From Candidatus Omnitrophota bacterium (GTDB taxonomy: Bacteria; Omnitrophota; Gorgyraeia; B26-G9), in the NCBI GenBank assembly GCA_018817165.1, contig JAHITY010000124.1:33973-97972 (forward strand): a stretch of 64,000 bases of DNA, written 5' to 3'. Under the pieces are notes generated by a model. That model did not search any database and was not told the origin of the DNA. It saw only the letters and a program-made list of their open reading frames with translations. The position numbers and the translations under genes were made by a program. This document shows positions 57,286 to 64,000 of the stretch, one piece after another. Position 1 is the first letter of the stretch. Each line of letters opens with the position of its first letter.

Positions 57286-57991
57286 ATTCTTATCCGTGTA
57301 TTTCTTTAGTATCTTTCCAAATAATATACAAATCGTAGAAATTAAGCTGTCTGCAATGTGTAAAGAGTTTATACCCTTCATTTCTTTTAATCAGCTAAAA
57401 GAAACGAAGCAAAGAAAGAGCCGCCCTAGTTGAAACAGCGATGATTTTCTAATGATTTAGTAACTCCGACTTCACCCCGCATTTACGGGGTTCGCCGCCA
57501 AATCGCTCATCCTGGCTCAGTGGCGTTCCGCCATCCTGGCTCCATCTCCGTTCCTAAATCAAAGAAAATCAAATCACTTGGTTTCAAGGGGGGGGATATA
57601 AACCCAGCTATTTGATGAATTTATGTGAAAGATGATGGGTAAATTTTTAAGCTTTTCACAAATTTATGGAAATACGTGTCGTATTTTTGGGTACCCTTTA
57701 AATGAGAGACTGACTTACTGAGTGTTAGCGAAGGCAAGTCAGCCTGCTCGAATTTAGTCCGAAATATCTGCGACCTAGCTGATATTTTCGGAATCCTTAT
57801 TATTTACGAACGACGCAATACTAAAGAGTTGCAGCCTTGTGACTTGCGTAAAATTTGCCTATCATATTGCGTAAGTATGTGTTTAATAAGTAAGATAACG
57901 CGTAAACGCGACAACGCGTAAACGCACTAACCCCACTTTTATACTCTTATCACTTGTTATCTGAATAAATTTTGTGTTATACTCATTACTT

Positions 57992-58477
57992 ATGAAAAAG
58001 CTAAAAGCATTTAGTTTGATTGAAATAATAGTTGTTTTAGGGATTATCACGATGATTCTGGGGATGACAACTGTTTACTTCTTTAATTATAAAGCTGGCG
58101 CGGCGCTGAAAATCTCAGCAAATAATATTATGGCTGCGCTTAATCAAGCTCGCAGTTGGGCAATCACTCGGCAGATTGAGCATGGAGTTGTTTTTGATCT
58201 AGCTAATTCTGAATATCGTGTATTTGCTAAGCCGGATCTGGCTACCCGGCAATTTGTAAACAAAGAAATGAAAACATCATCGGGAGTTGTAATTGAAAGC
58301 ACTACTTTACCAAATGATGCTTTGATCTCGAATAATCCAGTAGCAGTTTTTAATATAACCGGCAGCGCTGAAGCTAATGCTAGTATATTTCTGAAAAACT
58401 CCCAGGGAGAGTATTATACTTTGACAATTGTTAATGCTACCGGTCGGGTTAGAATATTTAATTATCAGAAATTGTAA
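57992..58477 (+). CDS. GspH/FimT-like pseudopilin (minor pilin) with Ala at the -1 cleavage position
   Basis: MKKLKA|FSLIEIIVVLGIITMIL (F+1, E+5, A instead of G at -1). AALNQARSWAITRQIEHGVVFD is typical of GspH/FimT. Start at the internal ATG, since the track ORF begins at an upstream GTG. Confidence 0.7.
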   Translation: MKKLKAFSLIEIIVVLGIITMILGMTTVYFFNYKAGAALKISANNIMAALNQARSWAITRQIEHGVVFDLANSEYRVFAKPDLATRQFVNKEMKTSSGVVIESTTLPNDALISNNPVAVFNITGSAEANASIFLKNSQGEYYTLTIVNATGRVRIFNYQKL

Positions 58478-58503
58478 TTTTAAAATAAACATAAGGAGAA
58501 ATA

Positions 58504-58824
58504 ATGATTAGCTTTGAAGAATTTAAAAAAATGGAATTAAAAATCGCTACAATCAAAGAAGTTTTAGATCATCCGGATGCGGATAAGCTGTATATTGTAA
58601 AAATTGATGTGGGTGGAGTGGAAAAGCAGTTGGTTGCCGGCTTAAAATTAAAATACGCAAAAGAAGATTTGGTCGGTAAGCAGGTGGTGATTGTGGACAA
58701 TCTGGAACCTGTTATTTTAAGAGGAGTGGAAAGCCAAGGGATGATGCTGGCTGCTTCTGATGAAAATAGCGTGGCTGTATTATGTCCGGATAAACCTGTT
58801 GCCAGTGGTAGTTTGGTTAAGTGA
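58504..58824 (+). CDS. csaA: tRNA-binding domain protein (CsaA/Trbp111/EMAPII-like OB fold)
   Basis: FEEFKKMELKIATIKEVLDHPDADKLYIVKIDVGG...SQGMMLAA matches the MetRS C-terminal-like tRNA-binding domain. 106 aa. Confidence 0.8.
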   Translation: MISFEEFKKMELKIATIKEVLDHPDADKLYIVKIDVGGVEKQLVAGLKLKYAKEDLVGKQVVIVDNLEPVILRGVESQGMMLAASDENSVAVLCPDKPVASGSLVK

Positions 58825-58858
58825 TTATATTATGAGCTTCTTTTTTGAGGATAATTAA

Positions 58859-59980
58859 ATGAAAAAAAAGATTAAGGTTATGACTATTCTGGGCACTCGT
58901 CCGGAAGTTGTAAAGCTGGCTCCTGTTGTTCATGAGCTTGCTAGGCATAAAAAGCAGATTAAATCACTGATTGTTTTAACTGGGCAGCACAGAAAAATGG
59001 TTGATCAGTTTTTGCAATTATTTAAAATAAAACCGGATTATGATTTAAATATTATGATTAAAAACCAGACATTAATTGATGTGTCCAGCCGTTGTTTGGA
59101 TAGACTGTCAAAAGTTCTGGAAAAAGAAAGACCGGATTTGATCCTGGTAGAAGGCGATACAACCACTGCTTTTATTGCCAGCTTAGCGGCTTTTTATCTT
59201 AAAATTCCCATGGGGCATGTTGAGGCTGGCTTACGTACTTTTGACAAACATAGACCTTTTCCTGAAGAAATTAATCGGCAGATGATGACGCTGATTGCTG
59301 ATATGCATTTTGCTCCGACAAAAAAAGCAAAGCAAAATTTACTCAATGAACAGATAAACCCTAAAAAGATTTTCTTAACCGGTAATCCGGTTATTGATGC
59401 CTTGCATTATGTGGCAAAGCAAAAAAAGTTGATTAATCCTGAGCTAAAAAAAATAGATTTTAAAAATAAAAAAGTCATATTGGTTACAGCGCATCGTCGA
59501 GAGAGTTTTGGACAGCCATTTAATCAGATTTGTCAGGCAATCAAGCAGATTGCTGCTTTGCCTGATGTAGAAATTGTCTATCCGGTTCACTTAAACCCCA
59601 ATGTGCAGATTGTCGTAAATGAAATGCTCAAGGGGCTAGAGAATGTCCATTTATTAAAACCGCTGGATTATCAGAGTTTTGTTTATTTATTGAAGCATTG
59701 TTTTTTTGTTTTGTCAGATTCCGGCGGCGTGCAAGAAGAAGCGCCGGCTTTTAATAAGCCGATTTTAGTTATGCGTGAAGTTACAGAGCGTCAGGAGGGT
59801 ATTGAGGCTGGTGTGGCTAAATTAGTCGGTATGGATACTGCTAATATTTTAAAACAGGTTAAGCTACTGTTAAATTCAGTTTCAGCCTATCAGTCAATGT
59901 CTAAAAGCGCGAGTCCTTATGGCGATGGCAGTGCGGCTAAGCGGATTGTTCAAGCAATTTTAAAGCAGTATTTACTGTGA
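58859..59980 (+). CDS. wecB: UDP-N-acetylglucosamine 2-epimerase (non-hydrolysing)
   Basis: MKKKIKVMTILGTRPEVVKLAPV N-terminus. HVEAGLRT. DSGGVQEEAP. 373 aa. Confidence 0.9.
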   Translation: MKKKIKVMTILGTRPEVVKLAPVVHELARHKKQIKSLIVLTGQHRKMVDQFLQLFKIKPDYDLNIMIKNQTLIDVSSRCLDRLSKVLEKERPDLILVEGDTTTAFIASLAAFYLKIPMGHVEAGLRTFDKHRPFPEEINRQMMTLIADMHFAPTKKAKQNLLNEQINPKKIFLTGNPVIDALHYVAKQKKLINPELKKIDFKNKKVILVTAHRRESFGQPFNQICQAIKQIAALPDVEIVYPVHLNPNVQIVVNEMLKGLENVHLLKPLDYQSFVYLLKHCFFVLSDSGGVQEEAPAFNKPILVMREVTERQEGIEAGVAKLVGMDTANILKQVKLLLNSVSAYQSMSKSASPYGDGSAAKRIVQAILKQYLL

Positions 59981-60123
59981 AAAAGCTTTTAAAGCGTGAT
60001 TCTGAGAAAAATAATTCTAGTTTGACATTAAAAAAGCAGTATGGTATACTTTATTAACTTTTGTAAGTAGATTAATCTGGGAAATCGCAACATTTTTGAA
60101 TGCCTGAAAGGGGGTAAGTAAAG

Positions 60124-60750
60124 ATGAGTAAAAAGTTAGGAATGAGTTTATTAGTTTTAGCAGTAATTTTTACTGCAGTAATGCCGGTTATGGCGCAAGG
60201 AACAGCAAAAACAGAATTAGCCGTAAAAGGAGGATTTTCTCCATTTGGGGTGTATTATGACAGAGGGAATAAAGGAAATCATTATGTAGGATCCGGATGG
60301 ATGGGAGACTATGGTGATATTAAATTTTCCGAAAATGAAAAAGAAAATCCTTATTCGGGTAAAACATGTATAAAAATTACTTATACCGGAGAAGGAAAGC
60401 AAGGCGCGGGCTGGGCAGGAATATATTGGCAATGGCCGCCAAACAACTGGGGGGAAAAAGACGGTGGTTATAATCTGACTGGCGCGACTAAACTTAGTTT
60501 CTGGGCACGCGGGGCAAATGGCGGTGAGCAGATAATGGAGTTTAAGATCGGCGGATTAACCGGAACATATTCTGATACTGATTCAGCTAGTATTGGACCA
60601 ATTGAGTTGACTGCGGATTGGCAGGAGTATTCAATTGACTTAACTGATCTTGATCTGTCATATATTAGTGGTGGCTTTGCATGGGTGACCAACTCAATGG
60701 CAAATCCAGATGGATGTGTATTCTTTTTAGATGACATTCGGTATGAATAA
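60124..60750 (+). CDS. Secreted beta-rich protein (possible carbohydrate-binding/galactose-binding-like fold)
   Basis: Signal peptide (LLVLAVIFTAVMPVMAQG). G/W/Y-rich beta-strand pattern. No enzyme motif. 208 aa. Confidence 0.4.
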   Translation: MSKKLGMSLLVLAVIFTAVMPVMAQGTAKTELAVKGGFSPFGVYYDRGNKGNHYVGSGWMGDYGDIKFSENEKENPYSGKTCIKITYTGEGKQGAGWAGIYWQWPPNNWGEKDGGYNLTGATKLSFWARGANGGEQIMEFKIGGLTGTYSDTDSASIGPIELTADWQEYSIDLTDLDLSYISGGFAWVTNSMANPDGCVFFLDDIRYE

Positions 60751-60846
60751 AATTAATTGATTTCTTCAAAGAGCAGGATAGCTAATATATCCTGCTCTTT
60801 TTTTTGTTTATTGTGAAGCGCTTAGTGATGTGATATAATTAAAAAA

Positions 60847-63486
60847 ATGAAGACTAAAAATAATTCTGCAATAGCGCTTATTTTAAGTGTAGGAATCTTA
60901 GCAATTCTTACGCTTATTACAGTGGGTTTTTCCGCTTTTACGCGACTTGAACTGCAAGCCACGGAAAATCAAATAAATCTGCTTAAAGCCTCGTATATTG
61001 CCCAAGCTGGTATTGCTCAGGCAATTAGCGATATTAAGTATGATCCTAATTTTGGGGCAATAAATGAGCCTTATGATTCTTGCGCTGATCCCTGGTATTA
61101 TCCCGGCGATGCTAATTATCATGGTTCTATTGTTGATCTAGCCACAGCAACTCATCCTTCCTATGGAGGCGATATTGATTATGCTGACGGCTCTTATCGT
61201 TTAAAAGTGATTGACTGCGGCGGTTTGATTAATATAAATTGCCCCTTACCTGATGCTGATGCGCGAACTGATCTGACAAATATGCTGCTTCAGCTGGGTT
61301 TGCCCAATGCCGCGGGTCTGATTACTTTACGTCAAACTCTTCCCGGCCAGGTTTTTACCACCAAAGAAGAAATAAAACTAGTTAATGGTATTACCCAAAC
61401 TGACTATGAAGCAATAAGAGATTTTATTACCTTATGGGGTGACGCGGATGATGGGCATTCGATGAAATCATTCATAAATGTAAATACAGCCCCTTTAGAA
61501 GTGCTGCAAGCTGTGTTTAGATTAATGATGGGTAGTCCGGGCAATGATAGTCAAGCAGATGCTTTGGCTGCTGCAGTTAAAGCAAGAAGAAGCATAAATC
61601 CATTTGATGGGATTGGTGAAGAAGCTTCTGTGGTGGATAATTTTTTAAGTGCCAGGGGAGAGTTTCAGCGCTTTGTTGAATATGCTTATTCATCAGGAAT
61701 TATTACACTAGCAACAAATCGGGATGCGGTTATTGCGCAAAGTGATCCGAATAAATATTCCAGTGCTAATCCAAATTCAACTAATTCCGCGATAATCGGC
61801 TTTGATGCTAATGGTTATTATGAAATTGAAGCGATTGGTACATGTCGCGGCGCAAGAAAAAGAATCAACCAAGTTGTCAGTGTGTTTCGGAAAATTAATC
61901 AAACCACTAAAGATGAATTCAGGACCAAAGCGGAATTATTGGCAACTCAAAGAGTGTCCTGGAAAGATACTTGTCCGGTTGATTTTACTCTGCTCAAGCA
62001 ATTTAATTATCCTGATGATAAAATAGGCGATGCGACTAATCCGGATGATTATATTGAAAATTCTTTAAAACTGGGATTTTGGGATAATTTCCAGGAAGAT
62101 TATGTTTTATCCTCTCTAGGGCCATGGCAAGAAGTGTATGAAACCTTTACAATTAATCAGGGCAATGATGGACTGCTTAGAACAGTGGTTGCTGGGGCAC
62201 TAGTTCCTGTTCCTGGGCAAGATTATTTTCCAAGAGTAACTCTTGATCAAGATGTCTGCATTGTTGATGATTTTGCGATGATTGCTCGGGGTGCGGATGA
62301 GACAAGCTTAAGTAAATATGCAGTTCGGGATAATTTGCCTTGGCCGGCGATTCCTCTGGAATGGTGGTTTTTTGCTCCAGCTCCAGATGCATTAAACTGT
62401 CCGGATATTGGGAAAACTCGTAAAGATTCAGATGGTAATGATATAATAATTGATCAACAATATATATTAGATAATTTGAAATCATGGGGAATTCACGAGC
62501 AATATCTGAATACTCTCCATGTGCGATTTGGCGGGATGCATGCGGATGGGCTCGAGCGGATGTCAGCAATTTTTTGTAATGCTCCGCAGACAACTGCTAT
62601 TTGGACGCCTCCACTGCCTAGTCCTCCAGAATTACCGGAAATTGCGTATAAGCAGTGGATTAATTATGATGGCTCGGGATATATTTATTTAACGCCTTCT
62701 CCTAATTATGTATTTCCTGATTGGCAAGCAATATATCAAACTTGCCGAAAACCATATTCTGTTATCAGCGGCTCTAATGTTATGGTTGCTTGTAATGAGT
62801 GGCATTATGAAGGAGGCACCGAAGCACTTTCTGTTTTTTCTGATGATGGGGTGGAGGATTTTCTAATTACGGGAAATGCTTATCAGGCGGATAAAACATT
62901 TCATTTAAAGGCAATTGGTCGGTGGCATACAAGAGGCGATGTATATTTTAATAGCACTGCGACTAGGTCTTTTGATACAACACAGCAAGTAATGGTTTGG
63001 CAAGATCGCTATTTCCAGTTTGCGGGTATGGGTAATTTCCCGGATGTGGATTATTTTAGAGTTGTGCCCAGCCAGGGTGTATATACATCCACAATATTTT
63101 CCGGATTAGCTCCGGCTTTAGAATGGGGTACAATTAGAGCGCATGTAACTTTGCCGGTAACAGCTGATCCAGCAATAGCTGATGCAACGGCCGGTAGTGA
63201 GCCGGTTTATTTAGTAGTTTTTAATAGCGCGGTTGTTTTGGCGCCAGCTCCTTCATATGTTCCGGCTTCATTTATTATGCCCAGCGGCGGAGCAATTGGC
63301 CCAACCATTAGTCAATCCATTGGCTATCAGGTATATTTATTTTCTGATTTTGGAAAACTTCATGGTGCTGATCCTGACAAGCCTGATAATCCTGATGATG
63401 CTGATTTCGAACAAGCGCCGGTTGTCGAGGATGTAACAATAACCTACTTGCCAATAACCCAAATAATATACTATAATGCGATGTAA
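60847..63486 (+). CDS. Giant GspK/PilX-like minor pseudopilin (879 aa) with large C-terminal extension
   Basis: N-terminal hydrophobic pseudopilin-like segment (AIALILSVGILAILTLITVGFSAFT...AQAGIAQAI) typical of the PilX_N/GspK N-terminus. INVNTAPLEVLQAVF helix-hairpin-helix-like GspK motif. About 550 extra residues at the C-terminus. Confidence 0.55.
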   Translation: MKTKNNSAIALILSVGILAILTLITVGFSAFTRLELQATENQINLLKASYIAQAGIAQAISDIKYDPNFGAINEPYDSCADPWYYPGDANYHGSIVDLATATHPSYGGDIDYADGSYRLKVIDCGGLININCPLPDADARTDLTNMLLQLGLPNAAGLITLRQTLPGQVFTTKEEIKLVNGITQTDYEAIRDFITLWGDADDGHSMKSFINVNTAPLEVLQAVFRLMMGSPGNDSQADALAAAVKARRSINPFDGIGEEASVVDNFLSARGEFQRFVEYAYSSGIITLATNRDAVIAQSDPNKYSSANPNSTNSAIIGFDANGYYEIEAIGTCRGARKRINQVVSVFRKINQTTKDEFRTKAELLATQRVSWKDTCPVDFTLLKQFNYPDDKIGDATNPDDYIENSLKLGFWDNFQEDYVLSSLGPWQEVYETFTINQGNDGLLRTVVAGALVPVPGQDYFPRVTLDQDVCIVDDFAMIARGADETSLSKYAVRDNLPWPAIPLEWWFFAPAPDALNCPDIGKTRKDSDGNDIIIDQQYILDNLKSWGIHEQYLNTLHVRFGGMHADGLERMSAIFCNAPQTTAIWTPPLPSPPELPEIAYKQWINYDGSGYIYLTPSPNYVFPDWQAIYQTCRKPYSVISGSNVMVACNEWHYEGGTEALSVFSDDGVEDFLITGNAYQADKTFHLKAIGRWHTRGDVYFNSTATRSFDTTQQVMVWQDRYFQFAGMGNFPDVDYFRVVPSQGVYTSTIFSGLAPALEWGTIRAHVTLPVTADPAIADATAGSEPVYLVVFNSAVVLAPAPSYVPASFIMPSGGAIGPTISQSIGYQVYLFSDFGKLHGADPDKPDNPDDADFEQAPVVEDVTITYLPITQIIYYNAM

Positions 63487-63518
63487 TTTAATAATTTTTT
63501 AACCAAGAGGAGGCGATT

Positions 63519-63833
63519 GTGGATGAAAAAAGGAAATTTACCAGATTAGAGCAGGAAATGCCGCTCCGACAAAAAGTCGAGAACTGTGATATTGTGGAGT
63601 GTCTTAAAACTCAGGATATATCTACCGGAGGTTTGCGCATAGCTACGGATACACCGCTGAATATTGGGACAAAACTGAATATTGAGGTAAATATAACCGG
63701 ATCATCGAGTCCTTATTATGCAATTGGCGAAGTTGTCTGGTATAAGGAAAAAGATGAAACCGCGAATAATAAATTTGATATTGGTATTCGCTTTGTGCGG
63801 ATAGTCAGCAAATCGGATTTAGACGGTTTTTAA
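63519..63833 (+). CDS. PilZ domain protein (c-di-GMP receptor-type)
   Basis: RKFTR (RxxxR) and DISTGGLRI (D/NxSxGG) motifs. 104 aa. Confidence 0.7.
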   Translation: MDEKRKFTRLEQEMPLRQKVENCDIVECLKTQDISTGGLRIATDTPLNIGTKLNIEVNITGSSSPYYAIGEVVWYKEKDETANNKFDIGIRFVRIVSKSDLDGF

Positions 63834-63912
63834 TTAAAATATTGAGCGTTAAATCCGTATTTTAATTGGGTTTAAATTAATTGTGTATTTATGCTAAAAA
63901 AGCTGCTTATGG

Positions 63913-64000
63913 ATGAATAAGAAAATCCTTAAAAAAATATTGCCGGGTTTCATCATTATCTTCTGGATAGTGATGATCGGTTTATTGATATTGCAGCAGG
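63913..64000 (+). CDS. Start of a membrane protein (truncated by window end)
   Basis: ATG at 63913, then MNKKILKKILPGFIIIFWIVMIGLLILQQ... Hydrophobic N-terminus, runs off the end. Confidence 0.25.
   Translation, partial: MNKKILKKILPGFIIIFWIVMIGLLILQQ

Noticed and set aside
57178-57433. Two short overlapping ORFs (57178-57381 minus, 57236-57433 plus) in the gene-free island
   Set aside because: Both run through the intrinsic terminator hairpin and T-run, have no RBS and have low-complexity translations. They are most likely non-coding.
57974-57991. GTG-initiated N-terminal extension (MLYSLL) of the pseudopilin gene
   Set aside because: Prepilin leaders are short and basic. MKKLKA|F starting at 57992 fits, and the extension overlaps the predicted -10 element.
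1-64000. CRISPR arrays, rRNA and tRNA genes, IS elements, transposases and integrases
   Set aside because: No regularly spaced direct repeats of 24 nt or more. No GGTTCGA-type T-arms in plausible tRNA context. No DDE or tyrosine-recombinase motifs in any ORF. The window appears to be core chromosome without recognisable mobile elements.

Overview
AT-rich (roughly 36-38% GC by eye), gene-dense bacterial chromosomal segment, almost entirely on the + strand, with frequent 4-20 bp gene overlaps. It is consistent with an uncultivated Gram-negative lineage. It has a secretin-containing type IVa pilus machine, sigma-54, a Ski2-like helicase, an ATP-dependent DNA ligase and a PVC-style small hypothetical protein. 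I cannot assign a taxon from sequence alone.

Content in order:
(1) Phospholipid housekeeping: rimO 3' end, pgsA, pgpA, thpR on the minus strand, and a deaminase.
(2) A glycoconjugate/EPS locus at 4.2-12.6 kb: an LPG-synthase-type TM protein, a Trm112-like mini-ORF, GT2, a fused GT2-GT4, GT4, another glycosyltransferase, and an AsnB-type amidotransferase.
(3) A consolidated type IVa pilus supercluster at 12.7-29.4 kb: a HAMP-only membrane protein, pilT, pilT/U, pilB, pilS, pilR, pilC, two tandem pilA genes, rsmE, a hypothetical protein, mtaB and pilMNOPQ. There is a textbook sigma-54 promoter (-24/-12) with upstream palindromes in front of the pilins.
(4) A core block: a mini DUF2344 protein, rng, rplU, rpmA, obg, proB, proA, nadD, a CBS transporter, rsfS, HD-GYP, argS, lpdA, an orphan lipoyl protein, lrp and an aminotransferase.
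(5) A mixed region at 43.9-56.8 kb: an antisense Ski2-like helicase, a CheC-like protein, an AEC transporter, a GH94-like phosphorylase on the minus strand, an internally deleted rfbB pseudogene with intact rfbD, NUDIX, an ATP-dependent DNA ligase, an orphan AmmeMemoRadiSam-type radical SAM gene and surE.
(6) A 1.2-kb gene-free stretch at 56.8-58.0 kb. It holds a strong extended -10 promoter followed about 410 nt later by a strong intrinsic terminator, which I call a candidate novel ncRNA. A hairpin/direct-repeat array follows.
(7) A second, split pseudopilin locus: a GspH/FimT-like gene, then csaA, wecB and a secreted protein, then an 879-aa GspK/PilX-like giant, ending with a PilZ receptor.

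No rRNA, tRNA, CRISPR array or transposase could be supported. The most interesting candidates are the unannotated structured-RNA locus, the giant GspK-like minor pilin with non-canonical prepilin sites, and the sigma-54/PilSR-wired tandem pilin pair.
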